DNA of 64,000 nucleotides from Candidatus Latescibacterota bacterium (GTDB taxonomy: Bacteria > Latescibacterota > UBA2968 > UBA8231). Shown in pieces: positions 31,269 to 41,554 of this stretch. Numbering within the stretch: position 1 is the first letter of the stretch; every line of letters begins with the position of its first letter. Below the pieces are notes generated by a model. It saw only the letters and a program-made list of their open reading frames with translations. It did not search any database and was not told the DNA's origin. The stretch is taken from assembly GCA_965206595.1 (NCBI GenBank), contig OZ242214.1, positions 1,376,001-1,440,000 on the forward strand. The letters are read 5' to 3'. The position numbers and the translations under genes were made by a program.

Positions 31269-31694
31269 TCAATGCGGCTCCGAACCGGTGGTCCTCTCCG
31301 GCGATGTGCAGCTCTCCGCCTTGGCCAGGGCCTCGAGCCGGGCGGCGATGCCTGCGGCCAGCCCTCCCGGTTTCACGCCGACGACCGACAGGTCGCCGCG
31401 CCCTGCTGCCGCGGTGAGACTGGAGAGATCCGCCACCCGGAAGAGCCGCGTTCCCGTCCGCCGCCGCCGTCCGAGTTCTCTCCAGGTGCCGGCGGCCAGG
31501 TCCGTAGAAGCGAACAGGCAGGCGAGCTGACGGACGCGCCGCACCGCGGACAGGCCCATCACCGTGTCCCCGGACTGGCAGCCGATGCCTATCAGGCGGG
31601 ATATCGCCGCGACCGCAGCTTCGTCGAGCAACTCGGCCTCGACGGAGGGGGCTGGCCTTTCCTTGTCCCGCTGATTTCGTTTTGAGGACCCCAC
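31269..31694 (-). CDS. L7Ae/L30e/S12e/Gadd45 family RNA-binding protein (YlxQ-like)
   Basis: RLIGIG..SG..VMG..AVRR, LFASTDLA, L..AAGR..LSVVGV...GLAAGI pattern. Confidence 0.62.
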   Translation of the reverse strand: MGSSKRNQRDKERPAPSVEAELLDEAAVAAISRLIGIGCQSGDTVMGLSAVRRVRQLACLFASTDLAAGTWRELGRRRRTGTRLFRVADLSSLTAAAGRGDLSVVGVKPGGLAAGIAARLEALAKAESCTSPERTTGSEPH

Positions 31695-31854
31695 GGCCCG
31701 AACCTATCATCCACGCAAGCGCACCGCCAGGGGTGCCCCCCGCGGGTTCGAGCAGGCAAGCGGGTTCAAACTGGGACTCCACTTTCTCCCGGTAAAACGG
31801 ATCCGGACTATTCACGAAAGGGCTCTCCATGTCCGTCGATAGACCCAGCCGCCC

Positions 31855-32868
31855 TAGTGTCCTGTCGTATAATTAACTGTACAAACAATTGAAGGTGCCG
31901 TAGGTTTCTCTTATCCCCCTTCTGAAAGGAGAGACCTATGGTGACGGGGCGTCCATTACCGCCGTTAGAGCTGAGTCCGTCGGACCGGGAACGATTGGAA
32001 TCGATGGCCAAATCCCGGAGCCTTTCCCACGGGTTGGTGCGGCGAGCCGAGATTAGTCTGCTGGCCGCAGAAGGCGGGCCCAATGAAGCCGTCGCCGCCG
32101 CCGTGGGTGTGACGCGTGCTACGGCTTTCTCGAAAACGGGCAAGTGGCGCCGGCGCTTTCTCGAAAACGGGCTCCAGGGCTTGCATATGGTTTGCAGCCC
32201 CATCGACACAAGCACTTCACGCTTTCCACCGATCCTTTCTTTGTCGACAAAGTACGGGATATCGTCGGCTTATACCTGAATCCCCCCGAGCACGCCCTGG
32301 TGCTGTGCGTCGACGAGAAGAGCCGGATCCAGGCGTTGGAACGAAGTCAGCCCATGCTGCCCCTGGGACTGGGATACGTGGAAGGGATTACGCACGATTA
32401 CAAGCGCCATGGCACCACCACCCTGTTTGCCGCCTTGGACGTAGCCACCGGGGAAGTGATGACCCAGTGCAAGCCCCGTCATCGTCACCAGGAGTTCCTT
32501 CAGTTCCTGCGCCACATCGAGGCCCACGTCCCCGCTGACCTCGATATTCATCTCGTCGTCGACAACTACGCCACGCATAAGCATGCCAAGGTCAAGCGAT
32601 GGTTGGCACGGCGTCCCCGATTTCACGTTCACTACACCCCCACCTATGCTTCGTGGCTCAATCAGGTGGAGATCTGGTTCAATATCCTTACCCGCCAGGC
32701 GGTTCGCCGGGACTCGTTCCGCAAGGTGTCGGAGCTCATCGAGCGCATCGAACGCTACACGGCCAAATGGAACGCCAACGCACACCCTTTCGTGTGGACG
32801 GCTACGGCCGATTCCATCCTCGCGAAAATCAAGAGACTTTGCGAACGAATCTCTGCGACACAACACTA
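31855..32868 (+). mobile_element. IS630-family insertion sequence (defective)
   Basis: TA duplicated at both ends within a CTAG site; IRs TAGTGTCCTGTCG / TAGTGTTGTGTCG; IS630 DDE motifs CVDEK, VDNY, WLNQVE. Confidence 0.9.
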
Positions 32869-32869
32869 G
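31938..32869 (+). pseudogene. IS630 transposase, split by an apparent internal deletion near 32185
   Basis: The HTH part (31938 to ~32185) is out of frame with the catalytic part (QPHRHKHF...ISATQH*); the usual linker/second HTH seems missing. Confidence 0.8.
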
Positions 32870-34753
32870 CCTGTCGAGTCTCCGCAGGGAGGCGAAATCC
32901 CTGCTCGACCGGGCGCGGCGCAAAGAGCATGAAGCGTTGGCCCTCATTGGCGAGCACCACCCGGACCCGGGAGAGTTCAGCACCTATCGCGACGCCTTGC
33001 TGGTGGTCGCCCGCAAACAGGGGCATGCCGGGTGGGGGGAGTTGCAGCGGGCTTTCGAGGAGGAGGCCGGAGCCTCGGGAAAGCTCGAAGAACGGGCCGA
33101 TCTGTTCGCCGAGCTCGCCTGCCTTTCGTATCGCGGCGACGACCACGTCAGCCGCCGAGAGCGCGCCGCCCGCATGCTGGGCGAAACTCCTGGGATTTCC
33201 AGGGTGAGCCCCTGGGCAGCCGCGGCCGCTTCCGATGTCGAAGCTCTTGGGCAGCTGATCGGGGATGGGGAAAGCGCGGTCGTCCCCGGCGGGCGGCGCG
33301 ACTGGCCGCCCCTCCTCTACCTCTGCTTCAGCCGGGTTCCGGATGCCCGGCCGGGGGGCGACGCCCTGGCCGCGGCGGAATTTCTGCTCGCCGCCGGCGC
33401 CCCCGGCGACACCAGCGTCGGCCCGGAGGAACGGGGGGGCTGGAGCTGGTCGGCCCTGACAGGGGTCATGGGGGAAGGGGAGCATGGCCTCCTGCAGCAG
33501 CCCCCCCACCCGCGGGCCCGCGAGCTGGCGGAGGTGCTGCTCGACGCCGGGGCCGACCCCAACGACTCCCAGGGGCTCTACAACACCATGTTCACCCCGG
33601 ACAACGAGTGGCTCGATCTGCTCCTGTCACGCGGTCTGCAGGCCTCCGCAGTGGTCTATCCCTCCCACGACCCGCCGCTGAGAACCCTCGACTACCAATT
33701 GTGCTCGGCGGTGAAGAGGGGGGTGGCCGAACGGGTGTCCCTGCTGCTGGGGCACGGCGCCGACGTGGCGGCACCCGATATGTACAACGGCCGCTCGAAC
33801 TACGAGAACGCCGTTCTCGGAGGCTTCCCGGAGATCGCGGAAATGCTGGCCCAGCACGGCGCCGAGGTTGTCGAGCTGTCCCTGGAGGACCGCTTCACCG
33901 CGGCGGTGATGAGCGGCGACGAGAGCAGGGCGAGACAGCTGCTTGAAGAAGCTCCCCGCATGATCGAGAACCCCGAGCTGCTCCAGGAAGCGGTCACCAA
34001 TACCGCGGCGACGCGCCTGCTTCTCGACCTCGGGGCCGATCCCGACGCCCCGAACGAGAGGGGACGCGTCCCCCTGCACTGGGCCGCCTGGGAGAACAGC
34101 GGCGAGGTCGTCCGCCTGCTGCTGGCTCGCGGGGCGAACGGCGAGATCCGGGAGCGGGACCACGACGCCACCCCGGTCGGCTTCGCCAATCACGCCGGCC
34201 ACTTCGAGCTTCGCGGCCTGCTGCTCGATCACAGCAGGGACGTGTTCGACCTGACCGCCTACGGAAGGGCGGGGCAGCTCGCCGCGGTCCTGGAATCCGA
34301 CCCGGACCTGGCGAATGCCCGCCTCGTGGGAGGGCACACCCCGGTTCACGGCGTTGCGGCAGGCCCCGAAGGGGAACAGGTGCTCGACCTCCTGCTCGCC
34401 CACGGCGCCGACATCGACGCCCCTGCAGCCGACGGCACGACTCCGCTGTCCGCGGCGCTCGAGCGCGGGGACGAGGAGCTGGCAGCCCTTCTGAGGGCGC
34501 GCGGCGCCAGGGAACCCGAGGGGGACTGAGGCTCCCGGCGTTCCGGTTCGCCGCCGCAAAACCGACCATCCTGCCGGTTCCTCCACTGACCCACCCGGGA
34601 GATCGGGTGCATTCGGCCGGGGCAACGAGGTGCCCCCCGGCGGTGAAGCAGCTGTCCGCCGCTTGTTCCGGGTCACCTGTTTGCCTATTAACGTGTCCGG
34701 CAGGCCTCGCCGCGGCGGGGCCGGGAGACCCAGGAGACACGCGGAGAATAGCG

Positions 34754-35629
34754 ATGGCCAAACGCGACCTGAACTTCGATCCCGAAGAGGGGATCGGCTT
34801 CATGAACATCGACGAGACCGACTACGGCGCCATGACCCTGGGGGAGAAGATGCGCCACCTCGAGGTCGAGGGGTACGTCGTCCTTCCCGGCGTTCTCGAC
34901 GCCGATCGCATGGACCGCATCAAGCAGGAGATGGCGGACGCGCCGATGGGGACCAAGGACTACAGCGACTGCCAGACCTACCACCGCGAGCCGCAGTGGT
35001 ACAGCCCGGCCCTGGCGGAAGCGATCGCCAATCCGCCCGTGGTCGAGTTCCTCGAGGCCCTCTGCGGCGAGGAGATCGTCTTCACCCGCGGGCTGTTCAC
35101 GCGCACCCTGTCCGGGTCCCCACCGATCTCCCTGCACACCGACGGGCAGCCGTTCGGCTCCTCGATCTTCGGGTACGAGGGCAGCTCGCCGAAGCTGCTG
35201 CGGGTGCTCTACTACCTCGACGACCTCACCCCCGAGCGGGCCCCCCTGCGCGTGCTGCCGCGATCCCACCTCTCCTTTCACGCCGATGCCAACCCGTACG
35301 TGCGTTACAAGTCGCACCCGGGAGAGGTGACCCTTTGCGCAAAGGCGGGGACCGCGGTCGTATTTCCGGTCAACATCTTCCACGGCACCCACCCCAACCG
35401 GTCGGATGCGCTGCGCACCCTGGTGCAGCTGGGGTACCGTCCGGCCTGGGCGGGCCCGATTCAGCCGATGGAGGATTGGGACCCCGAGCTGGTCGCCGCC
35501 GCCCCGGCCGTGGCGCGCCGCTTCCTGCAGAGCCTCAACACCTCCGGGGTCGACTGGGAGCAGCCGCACAAGCCGGCGGGGATGAGGGCGGACGCGCCGG
35601 CGATCGCCCCGGAACGCTGGGAACAATGA
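34754..35629 (+). CDS. PhyH-family dioxygenase
   Basis: LEVEGYVVL, LHTD, YYLDD, FHGT.PN, R. Confidence 0.87.
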   Translation: MAKRDLNFDPEEGIGFMNIDETDYGAMTLGEKMRHLEVEGYVVLPGVLDADRMDRIKQEMADAPMGTKDYSDCQTYHREPQWYSPALAEAIANPPVVEFLEALCGEEIVFTRGLFTRTLSGSPPISLHTDGQPFGSSIFGYEGSSPKLLRVLYYLDDLTPERAPLRVLPRSHLSFHADANPYVRYKSHPGEVTLCAKAGTAVVFPVNIFHGTHPNRSDALRTLVQLGYRPAWAGPIQPMEDWDPELVAAAPAVARRFLQSLNTSGVDWEQPHKPAGMRADAPAIAPERWEQ

Positions 35630-36678
35630 GCCGTCCGAGCCTGCTGCTGGCTTGCAGCAGGGAGGTGCGCGCGGGATGCCTCGCCCCTGCCGACATCGAG
35701 CGGCTCCAACGGTTCGCCGACTGGTCCTGGTTCGAGTGCGAAGGGGGAGGCATCGAGTCGACCAACGAGGACCCCGCCACCGCCGACGAACTGATAGCGC
35801 AGGTCGGGGACAAGGACGGCCTGATCGTCTGCCACGGATCTCCGACCGTCGACGGCCGCGTCCTCGACGCCGCTCCGAAGCTGCGCATCGTCGGCGAGCT
35901 CGAGGGAGACCGCTTCGCCAGCCGTCTCGATCTCGAGGCCCTGTGGAGGCGCGGGGTGCGTACCGTCGACACCAACAACGCCGCCTCCTACCCGGTGGCG
36001 GACTGGGCCCTTGCCCTGATGCTGATAGCGGTCCGCAACGGCAGCCACCATTACCGCCGCATGATCTCCGGAGAGACAGTAGCCGACGCCGCGGTCCTGG
36101 AGACCGGGGCCGGCACCCTGATCAACAGGGAGATCGGCCTGATCGGGTGCGGCCACATGGGCCGCCGGCTGATCAGGCTGCTGCAGCCGTTCGAGCCGGC
36201 GCGGATCTGGGTGCACGACCCCTACCTGCCGCGCGAAATGGCCGAGGCCGTGGGGTTCGTGCAGACGTCGCTCGAGCACGTTCTCGGCCACTGCGACGTC
36301 ATCGTCTGCCTGGCGCCGCTCACTCCGAGGACGCGGCGCATGGTCGGCCGTGCCGAGCTCGACCTGATCCGGCCGGGGTGCACCTTCGTCAACGTGTCGC
36401 GCGGGCCGATCGTCGATCCGCAGGCCCTGATCGAGCGGCTGAAGAGAGGGGACATCACCGCGGGGCTCGACGTCTTCGATCCGGAGCCGGTCCCCCCCGA
36501 CAACGAGATCCTCGAGCTGCCGAACGTGTTCCTGAGCCCGCACATCGGCTGGTACGGTCCCGCGGTGAAGCAGCAGTATTTCACCCTGATGGTCGATGAG
36601 CTCAAGCGCTTCTTCGGCGGCCACGAGACCTGGTTCGACCTGACGCCGCGCTCCCGCGACAACCGCCGGGGCGCCTGA
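35626..36678 (+). CDS. D-isomer-specific 2-hydroxyacid dehydrogenase
   Basis: GLIGCGHMG, FVNVSRG, GLDVFDPEP, SPHIG; ATGA overlap with the upstream gene. Confidence 0.9.
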   Translation: MSRPSLLLACSREVRAGCLAPADIERLQRFADWSWFECEGGGIESTNEDPATADELIAQVGDKDGLIVCHGSPTVDGRVLDAAPKLRIVGELEGDRFASRLDLEALWRRGVRTVDTNNAASYPVADWALALMLIAVRNGSHHYRRMISGETVADAAVLETGAGTLINREIGLIGCGHMGRRLIRLLQPFEPARIWVHDPYLPREMAEAVGFVQTSLEHVLGHCDVIVCLAPLTPRTRRMVGRAELDLIRPGCTFVNVSRGPIVDPQALIERLKRGDITAGLDVFDPEPVPPDNEILELPNVFLSPHIGWYGPAVKQQYFTLMVDELKRFFGGHETWFDLTPRSRDNRRGA

Positions 36679-36781
36679 TGGGGATGGGGATTCTGTTGAA
36701 GCTACGTGCAGCAGCCGGGATGCCCGGCCATCGACCGGGGCGACAGCCCGCCTGCGGGGCAGCTCTCCGGGGAGGCCGGCC

Positions 36782-37579
36782 ATGAGGGGGCCGCGGCTGC
36801 CGTACCGGTACGACCACTACACCTGGCCGGAGCTGCGCGACCTCGTGGCGCGGCAGCCGGCGGTGGTGCTGCCGGTCGGCTCGACCGAGGACCACGGCCA
36901 CCACCTGCCGCTCGACGTCGACACCTTCGTCGTCAGCGAGGTCTGCGAGGCCGCGGCGAAACGCATCCCAGACGAAGTGCTGCTGCTGCCGGCCCTGCCG
37001 TACGGCTTCGAGGACCACCACATGGATTTCCCCGGCACCATCACCGTGACGGACGAGCACCTGCTGCATTTCGTCCTCGACATCACCCGCAGCGTCGCCC
37101 ACCACGGCTTCCGCAAGATCCTGATCGTCAACGGCCATGGCTCCAACAGCCCGATCCTCGAGCTGGCGGCGCGGCGCACGGTGATAGAGACCGAGGCGCA
37201 CTGCGGGCTGCTGATGGGGGGCTCGGCCGAGGCCGAGAAGGTGCGCGAGTCCGAGGTGCTGTCGCACGCCGACGAGATCGAAACCTCGGTGTACCTGCAT
37301 CTCAACGAGGAGGCGGTGCAGATGGACAAGGCGGCCCGCGACGAGAAGATGCCGGTGGGGCGCTACTACTGGCGCGGCTCCCTGAAGGGGAAGGGGGCCT
37401 CGCCGCTGAAGATGATGGACCACTGGTCGCGGGTCTCCGAAACCGGGGTGATCGGGGACGCCACCCTGGCGACGCGGCAAAAGGGGGAGCGCGTGTTCGC
37501 GGCGGCCGCGGCGCAGCTGGCCGAAATCATCCGGGAGTTCCGCGGTCTCCCGATCGCTGAACGCGTCGACCACCACTGA
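36782..37579 (+). CDS. Creatininase family amidohydrolase
   Basis: PVGSTEDHGHHLPLDVD, FPGT, NGHGSN, HADEIETS. Confidence 0.92.
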   Translation: MRGPRLPYRYDHYTWPELRDLVARQPAVVLPVGSTEDHGHHLPLDVDTFVVSEVCEAAAKRIPDEVLLLPALPYGFEDHHMDFPGTITVTDEHLLHFVLDITRSVAHHGFRKILIVNGHGSNSPILELAARRTVIETEAHCGLLMGGSAEAEKVRESEVLSHADEIETSVYLHLNEEAVQMDKAARDEKMPVGRYYWRGSLKGKGASPLKMMDHWSRVSETGVIGDATLATRQKGERVFAAAAAQLAEIIREFRGLPIAERVDHH

Positions 37580-37584
37580 TTCCG

Positions 37585-38409
37585 ATGACGGCTGCTTCAC
37601 AATGGGAGCCGGTGGAAGCCGGCCGCGGAGAGATTCTCAAGGCCCACGAGCGCCCGCTGGAGCTGCTGGGGCGCGGCGAGGTCCCTGCCCTGGTTATGCG
37701 CCGGGCTTTTGATCCCGCCCACTGCGCCGCCCTCGTCGAGCGCTTCTACGAGCGCCGCCTTTTCTACGACCCGCGGGGCGAGGGGGAGGCGGTCTCCCGC
37801 GTCGACGTCGGGACCAGCCTCGGGCGCCACCGCGGCGACCCCGAGGGGTTCTTCGCCCACGCCCGTCAGACCCAGGACCTCTTCGAGACCCTTTTCGAGG
37901 GGTACGACGATCCGGTCGCCTTCATCTACGAGACCCTGTCGGCGCTCGCCCCCGGAAAGCGGGTCATGGTCGCCCGCGAGCCGGACGGCCGTCAGTACGG
38001 CCCGGCGATCTTCCGCACCTACTACGAGGGGGTGGGGCACACCCCGCACTTCGACTCCGCCCGCAAGCGGTCGAAGCTGTTCGACCTGCAGGTGTCGCGG
38101 TTCGAGAAGCAGTTCGCCGCGGTGTTGTGCTTCCAGAACGCCCTCGATGACGAGGAGGGTGGCCACGCCTTCCTCTACCGGCGCCAGTGGTCGGAGGAAC
38201 TGACCGAGGAGCTGCCCCGTTTCCGGGAGTACGCGGCCGGGCACGGGATCGAGCGGGTTCGGATCGATCTGCAGCCGGGGGACTTCTACATCTTCTGCTC
38301 CGAGACGATCCACGAGGTGCCGCCGCCGAAAGGGGATCGGCCCCGCATCGTCCTGGCCAGCTTCTTCGCGATGTCCCCGGAGGACGACGAGATCTACGTC
38401 TGGTCCTGA
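37585..38409 (+). CDS. Probable 2OG-Fe(II) oxygenase
   Basis: HFD, LQPGDFYIF...HEV and R motifs typical of the HxD...H facial triad. Confidence 0.7.
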   Translation: MTAASQWEPVEAGRGEILKAHERPLELLGRGEVPALVMRRAFDPAHCAALVERFYERRLFYDPRGEGEAVSRVDVGTSLGRHRGDPEGFFAHARQTQDLFETLFEGYDDPVAFIYETLSALAPGKRVMVAREPDGRQYGPAIFRTYYEGVGHTPHFDSARKRSKLFDLQVSRFEKQFAAVLCFQNALDDEEGGHAFLYRRQWSEELTEELPRFREYAAGHGIERVRIDLQPGDFYIFCSETIHEVPPPKGDRPRIVLASFFAMSPEDDEIYVWS

Positions 38410-38432
38410 GCTTTTCCGGAAAACCGCCGGGC

Positions 38433-39341
38433 TCAGCCCCCGTCCGCGAGCTTCTCCGCCTCGGCGGCGACGTCGATTCCGACCATTTCGGTCCAGGCGT
38501 CGAGGAGCCGGCCGGTCACCTCGCCCGGCCTGCCGTCGGCGATCGCTTGCCTGTCGACGTGGGTGACCGGCAGGATCGACCAGGGGGTGCTGGCGAAGAA
38601 GGCTTCGTCCGCGGTGTGGATGTCGTACGGCTGAAGGTCTTCCTCGCTTGCGGGAATCCCGGTCTGCGCGGCGAGGTCGAGAACCGTCTGCCTGGAAACC
38701 CCGGCGAGGATGGCGCGGTCGTCCGGGGTGCGGAGGACGCCCCCGGAGACGATGAAGACGTTGTACCCCGACCCCTCGGTGAGGTTGCCCGCGGCATCGG
38801 TCAGGATCGGCCACGCTCCGGGGTCGAGGTCGTTGGCCTCGATTTCCGCCATGGCCATGTTCATGCGGCTGAGGTGCTTGATCTTGGGGTCGAGGGCGAG
38901 GGGATCGTAGCTGCGGGTTTTCGTGACCACCGCGTGCATGCCCTCCCTGTAGTAGCGGGCGACCCATTCGTTGGCGACCGGGGCGTACTTGATGTAGAGG
39001 TTCGGCGGCCCCGCCATCCACGCCCGAGGGCCGCCGGATCCCCGCGTCACCAGCTGCGTTATGATGAAATCGATGCCGGGAGCCCGCTCGCGATTGCGCC
39101 GGATCCCCTCCTCGGTCAGGGAGAGCATTTCCGCGGGGGACAGCTCGAGGTCGATGCGCACGTACTTGAGCGACTTGTACAGCCGCTCGATATGCTCTTC
39201 CAGCCGGAACCCCTTGCCGCCGAAGGTCCGCTCGACGTCGAGCACCTGGTCGCCCAGAAGGGTGCCGCGATCGTTCGGGTCGGGGAGCATCCGGCTCATC
39301 GGCAGCCATTCCCCGTTCTTGCAGCCTACCAGCTCAGGCAT
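38433..39341 (-). CDS. Class IV PLP aminotransferase (branched-chain/D-amino acid type)
   Basis: RLEEHIERL, KIK, EGSGYNVF, LAGVSR, ADEAF. Confidence 0.9.
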   Translation of the reverse strand: MPELVGCKNGEWLPMSRMLPDPNDRGTLLGDQVLDVERTFGGKGFRLEEHIERLYKSLKYVRIDLELSPAEMLSLTEEGIRRNRERAPGIDFIITQLVTRGSGGPRAWMAGPPNLYIKYAPVANEWVARYYREGMHAVVTKTRSYDPLALDPKIKHLSRMNMAMAEIEANDLDPGAWPILTDAAGNLTEGSGYNVFIVSGGVLRTPDDRAILAGVSRQTVLDLAAQTGIPASEEDLQPYDIHTADEAFFASTPWSILPVTHVDRQAIADGRPGEVTGRLLDAWTEMVGIDVAAEAEKLADGG

Positions 39342-39344
39342 TGC

Positions 39345-40211
39345 TCAGGCGACCACTATCGGGCGGTGGAGCAGGGTCTGGCTCTCGTAGATGGAGCCGC
39401 TGCGTCCCGGGCGGATGACAGCCGGCTCGGGCACCGCGGGAACGTCGGTGTGTCGCGGCTTGGCGATCGGCTTCCCCCTGATGATGCAGGCGTCGAACGC
39501 GGCCATGTCCTCCGGCGGGTTCTTGATGGGCCAGGCATCGGCGGCGCAGTACTGCAGCAGGTAGAGACGGCGCGACCGGGTCTGGGAAGTGTTGGGTGCC
39601 GAGGCGTGCAGCATGGTGCCGTGGTGGATGGTGATCCCGCCCGCCTTCACCTCGACCGGGACCGCGTTCTCCGCGCCGAATTCGTTATCGGTGACGGCCC
39701 CGACGAAGAACTCCTCCTGGTAGTGGTTGTAGATCGGCCCCCGGTGCGATCCGGGGACGACCAGCAGGCAGCCGTTCTCCAGGTTCATGTCGTCGATGGC
39801 CACTCCCACGGCCAGGATGTCTTCGTTGGTGCGCGCGCAGAAGGCGTAGTCCTGGTGCCATTCGACCGGGCTGCCGAACCCGGCCGACTTCATGTTGAGC
39901 TTGCCGCTGAAGTGGCGGATGTCCGGGCCGACCAGCTGCGCGACCTTGTCGAGAATGCGGCTGTCGCGGAAGATGCGGTCGTACGCCGGGTGCAGCTCCT
40001 CGGGATGCTTGAGGCGCCGCAGGCGCGGGGAAGCGGGGCTGTGCCCGGGCTCGAGGTCGAAGTCCTCGTCGTTCTCCGTCACCTGCCGGGAGCGCTCGAC
40101 GAACTCGTCGGTTACCCGCCTGAGCTCCTCGATCTCCGGGCCTGAGAAAACCCCTTCCACGCTGGTGTAACCCCGGGCGTGGTAGGCTTCGACCTGTTCC
40201 TGTGTCAGCAT
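39345..40211 (-). CDS. PhyH-family dioxygenase
   Basis: LTQEQVEAYHARGY, KLNMK, WHQD, ENGCL..VPGSH, HASAPN. Confidence 0.92.
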   Translation of the reverse strand: MLTQEQVEAYHARGYTSVEGVFSGPEIEELRRVTDEFVERSRQVTENDEDFDLEPGHSPASPRLRRLKHPEELHPAYDRIFRDSRILDKVAQLVGPDIRHFSGKLNMKSAGFGSPVEWHQDYAFCARTNEDILAVGVAIDDMNLENGCLLVVPGSHRGPIYNHYQEEFFVGAVTDNEFGAENAVPVEVKAGGITIHHGTMLHASAPNTSQTRSRRLYLLQYCAADAWPIKNPPEDMAAFDACIIRGKPIAKPRHTDVPAVPEPAVIRPGRSGSIYESQTLLHRPIVVA

Positions 40212-40308
40212 GGATGCTCCTTTTGCTCAAGGTCTGGGGGGTGACGCGATGGAAACAAATACGGGGTCCCGCGGTGGAAAAACAACGAGTGCCATGCGCC
40301 GGGGCCAA

Positions 40309-41391
40309 TCACTCCAGGGGCGGTATCCCCTGACCCGCGGCGGCGCGCCGATTCCAGGAGACCCTGCCGGCGGCGACGTCTTCGAGGCTCAACTTCTCGC
40401 CGCCCCGCTCGGCCGAGCAGTTCGCTCCCAGCACCGCGACGAGGCTGTTGACGCTCGCCGGGTAGGGCGACCGCGTCGCCGTCGGATCTTCGGCCCTGAC
40501 CGCGGCGATGAAGGCGCGCGCCTGCAGCGCCTGGCAGTTCCGGCCGCCCCTGGCCGCCTCCTCGTCCTCGAAGACCGCGGTTCCGTTCTCGACCACCCTG
40601 TCGCTGCTCCATTCGACAATCGAGTCGTCGCCGACGACGGTCAGGGCGCGGCGTCCGGGGCCGGAGTCGCCGTCGTACAGGACCCTCGCCGTCGAGGCGT
40701 TGGCGAGCAGGCCGGAGGCGAAGCGGAAGTTGGCGGTGTACACGTGCGGCAGGTTCATCGGCTCGGGCCCCTCGCCGGGCCGGCGCCACTGGTAGAAGGC
40801 GGAGACGTCGGCGATGTCGCCGAGCAGGTAGCGCAGCAGGTCGACCATGTGGATGGTGTTCTCGACGAAAGAGCCGCCGCACTCCTCGTAGCGGCTCGTC
40901 CACCAGCGCAGCGGCTTTCCGGAGTAGAACATCTGGATCGAGGCGTGCCGGGGGGTTCGCTGACGCAGGAGCTGCCGGGCGGCCTTCGCCGAGGGGTGGT
41001 AGCGGAACTGGAAGCCGACCTGGCTGACGATGCCGGCGCGCTCGATGACCGCGGCGGTCTCGACCGCCTCGGCGGCGTCGAAGCTGACCGGTTTCTCGAC
41101 GAACAGGTGGATCCCCCTTTCGGCGACCTCCCTCACTTCGCCGGTGTGCCAGGTAGGGGGCAGGCAGACGTAGACAGCGTCGAGCTCCTCGCTGTCGAGC
41201 ATCTGCCGGTAGTCCCCGTAGGTCGCCGCGGGCCCGTACTCTGCGGCGCGTTCCTTCAGGGCCTCGGGGTCGACGTCGCAGAACGCCTGCAGAACGACCT
41301 CCCCGCTCCCGACCAGGGGGGCGAGCGCCGGAAGGTGCGCCCGCGAGGCGATGTGCCCGGTGCCGATGACTCCCACCCTGACAGCTCTCAT
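40309..41391 (-). CDS. Gfo/Idh/MocA family oxidoreductase
   Basis: VGVIGTGHIA, FVEKP, VGFQFRY, H..D. Confidence 0.9.
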   Translation of the reverse strand: MRAVRVGVIGTGHIASRAHLPALAPLVGSGEVVLQAFCDVDPEALKERAAEYGPAATYGDYRQMLDSEELDAVYVCLPPTWHTGEVREVAERGIHLFVEKPVSFDAAEAVETAAVIERAGIVSQVGFQFRYHPSAKAARQLLRQRTPRHASIQMFYSGKPLRWWTSRYEECGGSFVENTIHMVDLLRYLLGDIADVSAFYQWRRPGEGPEPMNLPHVYTANFRFASGLLANASTARVLYDGDSGPGRRALTVVGDDSIVEWSSDRVVENGTAVFEDEEAARGGRNCQALQARAFIAAVRAEDPTATRSPYPASVNSLVAVLGANCSAERGGEKLSLEDVAAGRVSWNRRAAAGQGIPPLE

Positions 41392-41554
41392 GCTTTCGGT
41401 CTCCTGGTCATGCAAAGGCAACCATCCGCCGGCAGGCTCGGAGGCGGTGCCACGGGTTTTCCGGCGCGGCTATGCCGGGGTTGATCGCAGCGAGCCGTGC
41501 CGTACAATGCAGCCGCGAGGATAAGCAGTTCGACCTGAGACGGGAAGAAGCGAC

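Larger units (their letters stand above)
31829..34529 (+). pseudogene. Ankyrin-repeat protein interrupted by IS630 at codon 9-10
   Basis: Removing the IS gives MSVDRPSRPSLSSLRREAKSLL...; ankyrin motifs LLDAGADPN, PLHWAAW, LLAHGADID, GTTPL. Confidence 0.85.

Noticed and set aside
28686-31685. 999-aa ORF and other long overlapping ORFs (e.g. 5003-7009, 38187-40145, 45559-47475)
   Set aside because: Shadow or antisense frames of genuine genes in high-GC DNA; R/G/P/A-rich with no motifs
36782-37579. Mycofactocin MftE or another RiPP cluster
   Set aside because: No precursor peptide, radical SAM or PqqD-like gene nearby
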